Part shown: positions 27,781 through 43,069 of the stretch, in pieces
Numbering within the stretch: the first letter of the stretch is position 1
How the letters are laid out: each line of letters opens with the position of its first letter
Assembly (NCBI GenBank): GCA_964016885.1
Contig: OZ024741.1
Coordinates: 353,214,001-353,278,000 of the forward strand
Direction: 5' to 3'
Source of the DNA: Eledone cirrhosa
Taxonomy: Eukaryota
Length of the DNA: 64,000 nt
Translations under genes and position numbers: made by a program
Notes under the pieces: generated by a model
Databases searched by the model: none
What the model was told of the DNA's origin: nothing
The model's input: the letters and a program-made list of their open reading frames with translations, nothing else

Positions 27781-28820
27781 TGTGTGTGTGTACATATATA
27801 TATATAGGTAGACACACACACACACACACATATATATATACATATATATATATATGTGTATATGTAACACAATATCTGTCTTTACTGTCTGTCATGTCAG
27901 ACCAGTGAGGAATACATATTGTTGAATTAGACTGAATAAACCACAAAATCCAACGTGTCTGGGGGAATTCGTATCATTCGCGCGTGAAAAATGTAGCTTT
28001 CCATTTTCATGAAATTGTATAAATTGATATATACATTATGATTACACTCACAAACACTCACATATCTACACATATTCAATCCCGCATTATAGGTTACAGA
28101 CGTGTGAAAATCAAGTATTTTTACAGAATAAATAAGCACTCTATAGGATGTCTAAAATTTCAAGACAAAATGATAAATGCGTGTATTTTATTCTGACTTT
28201 ATTCAAACTGCATATGTAAAGAGGAGCATATACTATATCTTGACTTGAAGTATTAGTCGTTCTGTAGAATGACTAGGTAGTCTCTACACGCCAGATTTCT
28301 CATTCTAACAGTAACACCACATCCACACACACACACACGCACCCACAGGTATACACACAAGCATACACACGCACACAAATATATATATAGAGAGGGTGGT
28401 GAAGTATGATATTTGTAGAAATTGATTTCTTTTCTACGAATTTTTACAAATTTCATACTTGACGACCAAATATAGTGGCTTCCTTGTTCAATCATCTTAC
28501 CAGAAGCCTGACATTATTTATGTAAGCGGACGGTACTTGATTTAGGAGCCGCAGAAACCCAAATACTGGATTTTATCAACCTTCCAGGGGTCCGGGTAAA
28601 TTTTCAATACCCGAATTACTTGATCGTTTTTTTTGGCTATGCGAATGATTGTTTAACCATCGTCTCAGTGTGTTTGGCCTCTAACGTTTTTTATAGCTCT
28701 GGTTCATCTGAATCATTGAGCACTTGCCGCACATCTCGGAGGTTGTTTTTCGTTATTTCGTGGGCCGAAATGCGAATCTCGATAATTTATGCATGTATAT
28801 ATATATATATATATATATAT

Positions 28821-31390
<2,570 letters not shown>

Positions 31391-31545
31391 ATATAATAAC
31401 TTGTGTGTTACACCTCTATTCTTTTAACTATATATATATATATCAGTTTAGTATTGATTAAGCAGTAGAGATTAAGGCTGATATTGTGGACCGTAACACA
31501 AACTTCTGAGTAACAGGCTAATGGATCTACTTTAATAAACTATAT

Positions 31546-31664
<119 letters not shown>

Positions 31665-31895
31665 GAAACACACAGATACATGCGGACACACACATATATA
31701 CATGAATGCATCCGCACCCAACTGTGAGTTAAGGGTGCCAACTTCACCGATGTTGCTCAATGAATGACTGGGACAGACTAATTCAGTTTGAACCAGACTG
31801 AACCAGTATCAGAGTTAAAAATACATTATGAAGAGAGAAGAAACATTTAGATATAATTAGTAATAAAATGTATCATACCTAAACTGTTCCTAAAT

Positions 31896-31983
31896 TCCTC
31901 GACTACGTAGTTTCGTGGCATAAACAAAAACAATATATCAAAGATATAGAGTCCCTGCGAGGTCTGCCGACTTATCAAGAGGA
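31896..31983 (-). ncRNA. Mirror copy of the 32134-32221 hammerhead
   Basis: Lies in the inverted left arm and has the same sequence on the minus strand. Confidence 0.72.
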
Positions 31984-32133
31984 TACCTCATTTTACTAGT
32001 CTCAAGAACGCGTCTACACGACGTGAGAAAGAATCCCAAAAGGCGGAGGGGGAGACAGTCACGCGATATAACGGTCGAGAAACAGAGCTAAGCCTCTTAT
32101 AACCACGAAGAAAATACCACGGAGGCGGAGGTA

Positions 32134-32221
32134 TCCTCTTGATAAGTCGGCAGACCTCGCAGGGACTCTATATCTTTGATATATTGTTTTTGTTTATGCC
32201 ACGAAACTACGTAGTCGAGGA
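32134..32221 (+). ncRNA. Type I hammerhead ribozyme, U3-A8 core variant
   Basis: Stem I TCCTC/GAGGA; core TTGATAA; stem II GT(C)GGCA/TGCCAC; GAAA; helix III ACT-ACGT-AGT (palindromic); GUC site at 32216. Confidence 0.75.
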
Positions 32222-32316
32222 ATTTAGGAACAGTTTAGGTATGATACATTTTATTACTAATTATATCTAAATGTTTCTTCTCTCTTCATAATGTATATAT
32301 ATATATATGTATATAT

Positions 32317-32770
32317 AGTGAAAGAATGAAGAGTAACATGGTTGGTTGTACAACAAGAGGCTTTATTTCAGGCATTGACAATTGTTTCATTGATCAGGTG
32401 AGTCTAGAGGTCGCTAATCGCTTGACGTTGCGTCACTCGATCTCTCTCTTTTTGTATTCTGACGAGTTGATCAGATGTAAATAATGTAATGGAGATCGAG
32501 TGACGCAACTTCAAGCGATTAGCGACCTCTAGACTCACCTGGTCAATGAAACAATTGTCAATACCTGAAATAAAAACCCTTGTCGTACATCCAACCATGT
32601 TACTCTTCATTCTTTCACTATTATTACTCCAAGTATAACCTACATAGGAATTACCGCGAATTCGCTGCCTAACTATGGAAACATCTTGTTGAGTTAAACA
32701 AAACCGTACGTTAAAACTATCCACGACGAAGAGTACTCAGAACCTCTAACTGGATTACCTATGACGATAA
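32317..32770 (+). mobile_element. PLE pLTR-like non-coding element with 5'-inverted segment (32317-32444) and hammerhead
   Basis: 32317-32444 is approximately the reverse complement of 32493-32620. It lies between (TA)n tracts. A second family member is at 54150-54487. Confidence 0.78.
32454..32564 (+). ncRNA. Type I hammerhead ribozyme with long stem II insert
   Basis: Stem I GTATT/AATAC; CTGACGA; stem II GTTGATCAG/CTGGTCAAT; GAAA; helix III AC-AATT-GT (palindromic); GUC at 32559; AATAAA 4 nt downstream of stem I. Confidence 0.82.
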
Positions 32771-32779
32771 CTTGTTACC

Positions 32780-32848
<69 letters not shown>

Positions 32849-33173
32849 AGAGTATTGAAGTTTGCTTGAAGCATTGTGGAAAAGTAAGATATATTTTCTT
32901 TAGGACGTTTTGGAAGCCTCAACAATGCAGATGGGTAATTCTCCGGGTAACAAGATCCGGTGGTGGAGAGAGAGAAGTAAGTGAATGTAGAATGAGATGT
33001 ATAGTGTGTAGAAGAACGTAGAAAAGAGCGTAAAAATAAAAATAATAACACGACACAGAGTTACCTTGGGAGAGATATAATTGTCCCTATATTTCGGATT
33101 CACATCCATTAACTGGGGGGTTTTCCGGGGGGGGGGATCTGTCGGATAGGATCGATGCGTGTCCTCTGCTGTT

Positions 33174-33227
<54 letters not shown>

Positions 33228-33434
33228 TACATAGTGGGAGATGAAAATAGAGATATATCGATGGATTCATAAAGTGAAGCTTTGCATTGCATTCACAGAT
33301 AGAAATAAAACTGAAAATATTTCTAAATTTCTAAATATATAAAGAGTTAGTATTACGCACACATGTGCAAATACATGCTCACATATACATACACATATGC
33401 AAACATATATATACAATCATACATACACAAGTAT

Positions 33435-33509
<75 letters not shown>

Positions 33510-33559
33510 CGTGTGTGTGTGTGAGTGTGTGTGTATATATATGTATATATATATGATTC

Positions 33560-33594
<35 letters not shown>

Positions 33595-33804
33595 ATGTAT
33601 ATATATATGAATATATATATACATATATAAAGATATGTTTTTATCTGTTCCTCTTCCAAACAGGTATTAAATATCTTTGTACATCACAGAGACAATAAAA
33701 CGTATCGGCTTATAAAAAAATATATATTTTATACTATTAAATATTTCAATAAATGAGATTACAAGCCTACCATATTGCGAGATTAATTAAAGTGAAAACT
33801 CAAA

Positions 33805-33881
<77 letters not shown>

Positions 33882-34343
33882 ACACATGCACACACATAGA
33901 CACATACATGCTTACACACACAAACCCACATGTATACTCAAAAGCGTACGCACACACACTCATAAACACATACATAGTTAGGCACACACACAAACCCACA
34001 TACATACCCAAACAAGCATATTCTCACAAACAAGCATTTATGCACAAAATATATCAATTGATATTCAGCAAACACATACATATACGCATGCATACATACA
34101 TACATACATACATACATACATACATACATACATACATACTTATATATACATATGCTCATACATAAATTCATACGTACATACATATATACATATATATGCT
34201 CATACATAAATTCATACGTACATACATATATACATACATATGTTCCTACATAAATTCATACATACAAGCGTTCATAAATACATACATATATACACACATA
34301 CGTACATACATTAAAAAATACATACATAGTCACACACACGCAA

Positions 34344-34375
<32 letters not shown>

Positions 34376-34669
34376 GTTTATATGCTTTATGCGTGCGTGT
34401 ATAGTTTTGTATATTTATACTTAAATATTTATAAACCTATTCACAGATATGTATATCCATATTGCCTTGTATTACATACATATATTTATATCTATTTATA
34501 TATATATTGAACGGAAAACATGAAACGAAATTTCATTTCCCACTCTTATTACGGCTGTTACTTAAATATAAGTATGTTCACGTACATACATATATATTCT
34601 TACCATCCATATCAACTTATATAACGTATGTATATTATAAATACATAATACATGCATACATATATATAT

Positions 34670-34866
34670 ATAATAGAATTGGATATATGAGAGGGGTGAA
34701 AACAGATATAAGTATATATGTGTTCCAATTGCAAATGACGAAGTTAGCTAGGTTGAAAAAATAGTAATTTAAAACAATATGGTTTGCCTGACTCGATTTA
34801 AAGTAATAAATCTTTGAGCTATATAATTGTAAAAGACTATTTTGAGTTTATAACTCAATCTATGAT
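34670..34866. mobile_element. Old diverged fragment of the 60461-61498 family (inverted part plus 3' end)
   Basis: Shares ATATGTGTTC...GGTTTGCCTG(A/T)CTC and GACTATTTTGAGTTT(A/C)TAACTCAAT with that element and ends in (TA)n. Confidence 0.6.
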
Positions 34867-34900
34867 ATATATATATATATTAATTAATAAAAAATTAATC

Positions 34901-34931
<31 letters not shown>

Positions 34932-34934
<3 letters not shown>

Positions 34935-35103
34935 CAATTCCAACCCACCCGTCCCTTCAATCTATCTTATTTCTCATTCTTTTTTCTGATGAAGGACTAG
35001 CGTCCGAAACGTTAACACCCTCTTCCTGCCATTGCAAGCGTTAACCTAATATATTCCTTACATATACTGTACCGATTGTGTTGTTATTTCTGTTTACCTT
35101 TTA
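34932..35103 (+). mobile_element. ~170-bp (TA)n-associated element with minimal hammerhead (family H4)
   Basis: CTGATGA-A-GGAC-TAGC-GTCC-GAAA-CG-TT at 34986-35013. Related copies at 39272, 39551 and 43858. Confidence 0.75.
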
Positions 35104-35161
35104 CACACACACACACATATATATATACATATATATACATATATATATATACACACACACA

Positions 35162-35200
<39 letters not shown>

Positions 35201-35205
<5 letters not shown>

Positions 35206-35454
35206 CAAGAAAACGAAAAATCAGTGATGCATCTGGACTTAGTTTATTTCGTGTTACAAATGTTTCGCCGGCATGTAGCTCGAGTCCTTGTATGGATCTG
35301 GCTGATTCTACTTCTGCGGATTCTTTCAGACACGGCTGTTATGTCCGGAGCAACCATACAAGGACCATGACTCGAGCTACATGCCGGCGAAACATTTGTA
35401 ACACGAAATAAACTAAGTCCAGATGCATCACTGATTTTTCGTTTTCTTGATAAT
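35201..35454 (-). mobile_element. Fold-back element (arms 35201-35295 / 35354-35454) with a degenerate hammerhead at 35250-35334 (minus)
   Basis: Minus strand: CGTGT-CTGAAAGA-long stem II-GAAAC-ATTT-GTA-ACACG, followed by AATAAA. Flanked by TA repeats. Confidence 0.65.
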
Positions 35455-35532
35455 ATATACACTCTACTCTGATGAATATCGAGTGCTAATTTTGGCATAC
35501 CGCCTACGGAAGCACCATAGCTACCACTATAC

Positions 35533-35575
<43 letters not shown>

Positions 35576-35817
35576 TTATGTATTTATACATTTATAAGCA
35601 TATTCATATATATGTATATTCATATTGGCATGTTTTTATGTAAGTTTTGCGAGCCTGTTTATTTATGCATTGGTACAAACACACCATTTCACTTTTTTAA
35701 TGTATGCGTGCTTATGAGTTCAAACACATGTTCAAGCACAGAAGTATATCTATATGTGCATCTCTCCCTCTCAATTTCTATATACGTAAACATATATGTG
35801 TGTGTGGGGGGGGGGGG

Positions 35818-35913
<96 letters not shown>

Positions 35914-36515
35914 CTAATGGCTTTAAGCGTTATCTTTCATCTTTATCATTTCTTGCATCCCATTTCATCCTGCCTGATGTGACTTGCTCTGCATATTAAG
36001 TATGCAAATATTCATGCCATACATGCATGATATATTGAACTATGTAGAAGTAAATGTTTGGAAATCTTAAATTAATATGTAACTTTAAAGCATTCAGCTA
36101 GATATTTACTTAGTAACATAAATACTTGTTTACTTTTCCGTTTTTTTTAAAGATTTCTTTTACTTTGCTCCGTTTTTTTTTTTTGGATTTTTCGCTTATA
36201 CTTTTTATATTAGTTTAGTTTTTTTTGCTTTCTGTGTATATTTCCCATTTTTTTTTTTGTTTATTTCTATTTAGTTATTTATATATAATTCAGTGTTCTT
36301 TTATTCTTAAAGGATTACCAATGAAGAGATAACCGTAATATCACATAAATTTGGTATGGTGGTCGTTTTGTAATCCAACTATTTCTCTCCCAGACTCTTC
36401 TCACATTCTCTTTCTTTCTCCCTCCCCTCTCTCTGTCTCTATTTCTCTCTCTCGATATATATATGCACACACACACACACGCACATATATATATATATAT
36501 ACATCTATATATACA

Positions 36516-36580
<65 letters not shown>

Positions 36581-36630
36581 TGTTGTAAACATACCTTTAG
36601 GTTATATCCAAAGTCAATAAAGCACTCAGT

Positions 36631-36680
36631 CCATACACGAGTTGAAGAATCCTTCGGGTGAAACGCGTGTTCTCGTATGG
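36631..36680 (+). ncRNA. Hammerhead-like motif in a ~130-bp insert between (TA)n tracts
   Basis: ACGAG-TTGAAGA-ATCC-TTCG-GGT-GAAAC-GCGT-GTT-CTCGT. Stem I extends through CCAT/ATGG. C3 is replaced by U. Confidence 0.62.
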
Positions 36681-36708
36681 TTTGCTTATTTATTGTGGAA
36701 CTAACTAA

Positions 36709-36804
<96 letters not shown>

Positions 36805-36805
36805 A

Positions 36806-36999
36806 CAGAGTGCTGAAAAGTTCCTGGCTTTGAGTAAAAGAAGATACTTGCCCATTAGTTAATAATGATTTTATTCAAGATATCCCCTTCTCAGATTCGC
36901 ACACGTATTGCAGCGGTCCTATAAAAAGAACTCGGAAGTTTGGGCTTCTAACCATGCCTCTGTAGCAACGATCAAGCCAGGAATCTTTCAGCACCGCTG
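36806..36999. mobile_element. Mariner deletion derivative / MITE
   Basis: TIRs CAGAGTGCTGAAAAGTTCCTGGCTT ... AAGCCAGGAATCTTTCAGCACCGCTG. The internal minus-strand RCNTCANLRRGYLE* resembles a mariner transposase C-terminus. Confidence 0.7.
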
Positions 37000-37020
37000 A
37001 ATATATATATATATATATAT

Positions 37021-37332
37021 AACGAAGGAAATGTGGTAAGGAACCAGGTGGATCATAACGCACCAAAGTACTCAATACTTAGGGTAGTAGAGTGGGTAAT
37101 AGGAACGAGTAGGACCTCATGGGGTCCTACTCGTTCCTATATATATATATATATATATATGAAAAAATATGACCCCGACGGCAGAGCTCAAGCCGTTTCG
37201 ACGGCTATTTCGTCGAAACGGCTTGAGCTCTGGCGTCGGGGTCATACTTTTTCCTATTACCCACTCTACTACACTAAGTATTGAGTACTTTGGAGCGTTA
37301 TGGTCCATCTGGTTCCTTACCACAATTCCTTC

Positions 37333-37335
<3 letters not shown>
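37021..37335. mobile_element. Two divergently oriented copies of family F1, each with a 5' hairpin, separated by (TA)n
   Basis: 37021-37140 (minus) and 37160-37335 (plus). The latter is a palindrome centred on GACG-GCTATTT-CGTC-GAAA. Confidence 0.75.
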
Positions 37336-37372
<37 letters not shown>

Positions 37373-37949
37373 ATATATGTGGTGTATGTGTGTGTATATG
37401 TGTGCATAAGTAAAGCTGAGTAGACAAAAACTGCGGAAGCTCATCAGAAGATGTTTCTTTAAATCATTTCGCTCTGCTTTCAAAAATACAGGGGACAACA
37501 GTACGCCCAGTTTTGAAATAACGTCTCTTTCAATCCTGTATAACGTTATGTAAGGTACTGAATTAGCGTTTCTTCTAATTAATCAAGTTCACATAACTTG
37601 TACAGTAAGTAGTTGGAGTGCCACTCTAGACGTTTTACTCTGTGGTAATTATGTCATTGCAATGGGCCTTTGGCATGCTGAGTGGTGCTAATCCCTTTTC
37701 CAAACGTCCGGTCCCCCACTAAGTATATCCTGCCCCCTAAGCATTTCTTAGGATGTAACTTGAAAATGTCTCGGAGCCAAAATGAGAAACCAGGTGAGAA
37801 CCGGTGTACCCGACCATACCTAAGGATACTACTATCAGATATCAATGTCTTCTAGTCAAACACTAAGGTTTCCAGATAATGTTGAAATCGCTTTACTGCT
37901 TTCTCAAAGCAACAGTAGATAAAGCTATGTCCAGTATGTAAATAATTTT

Positions 37950-38122
37950 TTCTACTTTTGGCACAAGGCCAGCAATTAACCCAGTGTATTACTGGTACTT
38001 TATTTTATCGACCCCGTAAGTATAAAAGGCAAAGTTAACCTTGGCGGGATTTGAACTCAGACCATAAAGGGCCGTAACTCTTTGCTGCAAAGCATGGCGT
38101 CCGACCATCTACTGATACTGCC
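37950..38122 (-). mobile_element. SINE family A copy
   Basis: Similar to 3556-3742. Confidence 0.8.
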
Positions 38123-38380
38123 AATAATGTTCTTTTGTAAATCTATGATCTGATATTTAGTTTTTATATCCGGAACAACCAGACAGAGTTAGTATACACT
38201 GGCGATGGAATAGGTGTATGTGTATTTTACAGACGATGTGCTTCAAGTCAAATTCTCCAATAGATATGACCTTCATCTATGTGCAGGGTCAGAATTGTCA
38301 TGTTTTGTTATGTAGCTGCTACGTGATAGTGGCGGTGGAAGTATAAACATAGAAAATTATCAATGCTACTACTACTACTA

Positions 38381-38447
<67 letters not shown>

Positions 38448-38544
38448 AGTCTGTTCTGGTGAATAGAATACTTTGATGAACGTCAGATATCTGTTAGAAG
38501 CAGAATTCCTTTTTTTTCTATTGATGTTCATGGAATAAATAATT

Positions 38545-38728
38545 AGTTCTACTTTTGGCACAAGGCCAGCAATTATCCCAGTGCATTACTGGTACTTTAT
38601 TTTATCGACCCTGTAAGGATGAAAGGCAAAGTTAACATCGGCGGGATTTGAAATCATACCGTAAAGGGCCGTAACTCTATGCCACGAAGCAGGGTGTCCG
38701 ATGCTTTACCGATTCTGCCAATCCACCA
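38545..38728 (-). mobile_element. SINE family A copy
   Basis: Similar to 3556-3742. Confidence 0.8.
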
Positions 38729-39184
38729 ATATTTTGAAATTTGAAAATGTTCGAGTTCCAAATGCAGAAAAGAACTGTAATAACAGTCGACCACTAGATA
38801 ATAGTTGGGAAAATTGAGAGACTGTCAACTTTTTCCGTCTTTAAGAATAATTTACACAGTTTTTTTCAGCTACTGTTTATAGAGGCGTTTGGGATTCTCA
38901 CATTTTCAAATTTCCAAAGCTCTCAATACTTCGATAATTCATAAGTTTTAGATAATAATATTTTAAATGGCTGCTTTACAGATAACACAGTACTCATCCA
39001 AATGTAAAGGTGACAAAAACGATTTTCTTCGGTCGAAAATATAATAGAACTAAAAGAGGGAAAGAGTTGGTATACACCAGAGATTCTCAAAGTGAGGGCG
39101 TTAAGAAGATCCAGGGGGGCGCTGGGGCCTATAGGGGCGGTGGGGGGGATGCTATGAATTTATTATTTATAATACTATTATACT

Positions 39185-39238
<54 letters not shown>

Positions 39239-39271
39239 TGCATACAAACATATATATATATGTATATATGT

Positions 39272-39505
39272 ATGTAAAAGGTAAACAGAAATAACAACAC
39301 AATCGATACAGTACATGGAAGGTATATATTAGGTTAACGCTTGATATGGCAGGAAGAGGGTCTTAACGTTTCGGACGCTAGTCCGCCATCAGAAGAAAGA
39401 ATGAGAAATAAAATAGATTGAGGCGACGGGTGGGTTGGAATTGGGAAAAATGTCTTTAGATAAAAATATCAGGTCCATTCATGTTAACATCTCTTTCAAA
39501 AACTC

Positions 39506-39551
<46 letters not shown>

Positions 39552-39770
39552 AAAAGATAATAAACAGAAATAACAACACAATCGGTACAGTATATGGAAG
39601 GGATATATTAGGTTAACAATTTATATAGCAGGAAGAGGGTGATAACGTTTCGGACGCAAGTCCTTTATCAGAAGAAAGAATGAGAAATAAGATAGATTGA
39701 GGGGACAGGCGGGTTGTAATTGGGGAAAATGTCTTTATATAAATATAACAGGTCCATATTAAATATCAAA
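39272..39770 (-). mobile_element. Two copies of hammerhead family H4
   Basis: Motifs at 39361-39396 (core CTGATGG, stem I TCTT/AAGA) and 39640-39675 (core CTGATAA), separated by (TA)n(TG)n. Confidence 0.75.
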
Positions 39771-40505
39771 TGATACATATTATATATAGCAAAATAAAAA
39801 ATATATATAATATTTACTTATACATAGTATATATTATATTATTTAATATATATAAATTAACGATTTCATTTATATATTATTTACAATTTGCATGTAGGCA
39901 GGTCTCTGGAAATAGGGTTGGGGGCGCTGAGCGTATTACGTGGCCGTGAGTGGGGGGTGGGGGTGGCAACAGTTTGAGAACTTCTGATATACACCATACA
40001 GGAAGCACATGAACTCTGTCTTGTCTGAAAAATTACAAAGCTAAGTGTAAAATAATTTAAAAAGAGATGCAAACTAAACTGGCCTAAAAGTATCTCTATG
40101 CAATGCATTAACAGAAAATTTAAACACTTTATGCCAATAATGCATATCATTTGTATTAAATTTACTCCGATGAAAAACACAAAACTAGAATTCTCAGAGT
40201 AAAAAAATGTACTTATACGACAAAGTCTGCTTCAGATCATTACAAGATAGAAATACTGTTCCAAGAAAATGGCACTTTATGTGCAGCCTCCCAAAGGATG
40301 ACTGAAACACTGATTGGTCTATTCAAAAGTTTTTTCATATACCCGATGGGACACGTACACATGAAGAAGCCAGAGTTCTATGGCATTATAGCTCTACATG
40401 GAGAAATGACGACCATCAATTACACCAACATAAAGGAGGAAGAAGATATAATATCATAATATCAAAGATAGACGAAATGTTTGAAAGAAAACATATTCCG
40501 TATAT

Positions 40506-40598
<93 letters not shown>

Positions 40599-41785
40599 GC
40601 ATTCACATACACACACATATACACATATCAATCTATATTTTTTACAATTATCTATATATCTCTTACTCTACAGATATGTAGCGAGCTAGCTAGTTAGTCA
40701 GATAGGTAGATAGATAGATAAATAGGTAGGTAGATAGATAGATAGAAAGGGAGAGAGAGAGAGATAGAGAGTGAGAGACAGGGGATATATAGAAGGAAAG
40801 AAAAGCATGAGAGACAACAAATATTTTGTTCCCTATTTATAATAACGACCCCACATCTTGGGCAAAGGCTCGCTTCGACAATAGTTACGAGAAACTTATC
40901 ACAATCATCAATGTTTCAGTTCTTATTGCTGTTACTGTCTTTTTCATTATTGTTTTTGTCATTATTGATCCACGGTAAACTAAAACGTAATGGTTAAATA
41001 AAAGAGAAGAAAAAACATCTGTTTTTTTCCCAATGGTTGGGATGATTCCATCTCGCTGCTGTAGGGAATCTAATGACACAACAAATCCGTATGTTACTGG
41101 CAATTATTTGCCTTTATCGAACAATAAATAGAAAGAAAATGGTTGACTTAACTCAACTGATAAAAATCACGGTCGGCCTTAAATATAATTGGTAGCCATT
41201 TGCATCTTTCTTTGGCCAGTTGTACTTGGGTCTGTATCCAATAGGAAAAAACTTATTTGTTCAGTCAGTTATAAAACTGTTCATACATACAGTTCAGACT
41301 TTTCATACAAAACCAAGGGATTTTCTACTTGAAATTGCAACATATGTGCGAGTAAGAAGGAAAGTATTGTAAGCTTTTTATCCATAGATGAGAATTAAAA
41401 TGACAACCTTCAAAATACCAGTTTTTGTTCTTCATAAATTTGTTCGAAAAATTGTTAAATCTTATCTACGAAACGCTATGCAAAAGGTGAACCGTTTTCT
41501 TTTTGGCTCGTTTTATAGTTAACCGCATTCAATTATTTGCTTATATACAGCATTAGATTTAGTTGTGTAAAACTTCGTTTTTCCAACAACAAGTGACTTT
41601 AATGAAATATTCATGTAAAAGACACTTTTAATGCACACTAACACACATACATTGATTAAGATGAGGAAGCAGCATGGCCGCAGTCTAATAACTGAACCGA
41701 ATAAAAGAATAAACGTAATATACATATATTATATATAGTTTTATTCTTATATATATATACACACACACACACAAACTCAAATATG

Positions 41786-41840
<55 letters not shown>

Positions 41841-41946
41841 ACACATATATACACATATACATAAATGCATATACATACACACAAATAACCCACACACATA
41901 CATGCAATCACACACATACACACACAGATTATATATATATGTGTGC

Positions 41947-41997
<51 letters not shown>

Positions 41998-42853
41998 TAT
42001 ACTTACTTCACAAAGCACAAAATAATTGATTTTTCTCAATATATTTTCACCTCATTGACTATACTTCTATGACCATCTCAGACAATAATATGATTGTTAT
42101 AACCACCCGATGGGAGCAAATAAAGCCTTAAAGTATTTTATAATCCCAGATCGTAATAAGAAAGAAATATATAAAAAATTAAATACATAATAACAAATAA
42201 TAGACAGATAATAAAGGAAACAACATTGAAAAAACTGATTAAATAACTTAGTAGAATCGTAAAGATAGTAATATTAGGAGGGGAAAAAACGAAACATTTT
42301 CACGTTTCCTAACTCAATAACAAAGAATTTTGTCATCAAACAATAAAAGTTGAATATTCAATTCTTGCCGCAATATTCACACAGAAAGCCAATATTCGAT
42401 GAAGCATCATTCACAATAAATGGCAACAAGAATACCAATACGAAGAAGACAAAAATAATTATTTCATTTTAGTATTATACTGGCTAGAAAAATCTGATGA
42501 ATACCTTTATTATCATACATCATATAACTCTGAATATACATATTTATACACACACACGTGTGGTCTGTGTGTATAAGTGTGTAAATATATATATAAATGT
42601 AGGCATACAGAACAATTCTCGCAGACATACGCACACATATACACACACATGTAAAAACACACACAGACAATTTTGTTTGCTAGAACTCTGCATACATTTG
42701 AATAAACTTAAGGTAGATACAACAAGGTATAATAGTTTTTTAATTAAATGCCTGATAAACGAATTGTGATACATTCCATATATGCATCTACGTATATATA
42801 TGTATATACATATATACATATACATACATATACACACACACACACACACACAT

Positions 42854-42930
<77 letters not shown>

Positions 42931-42933
<3 letters not shown>

Positions 42934-43030
42934 GGAGTTTCTAAAAAATGTATACATACTCTGATTACCTGTACAGGCAATATTTATTAGAACGTTGTTG
43001 AAGTGTGTATACATTTTTGGGGAAATCCTG
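42931..43030. mobile_element. Tc1/mariner-type MITE
   Basis: TIRs CAGGGAGTTTCTAAAAAATGTATAC / GTATACATTTTTGGGGAAATCCTG within TA repeats. A smaller relative is at 54653-54699. Confidence 0.65.
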
Positions 43031-43036
43031 TATATA

Positions 43037-43069
<33 letters not shown>

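Larger units (their letters stand above)
31821..32296. mobile_element. Fold-back element: 169-bp inverted arms (31821-31989 / 32128-32296), each with a hammerhead motif; probable PLE pLTR
   Basis: The arms are reverse complements of each other and the right arm ends at a (TA)n tract. Confidence 0.8.

Noticed and set aside
33085-33118. Minus-strand CCC-CAGTTAAT-GGAT-GTGA-ATCC-GAAA-TATA-GGG hammerhead-like motif (similar decayed motifs at 50720-50763 and 51000-51037)
   Set aside because: The core has several mismatches or is truncated. They may be fossils but are not supportable as individual features.
37415-37585. Minus-strand frame with a faint resemblance to a FERM-domain segment (IERDV...LKKHLLMSFRSF)
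   Set aside because: The similarity is too weak to judge by eye and there are no clear splice sites or neighbouring exons; it needs BLASTx.
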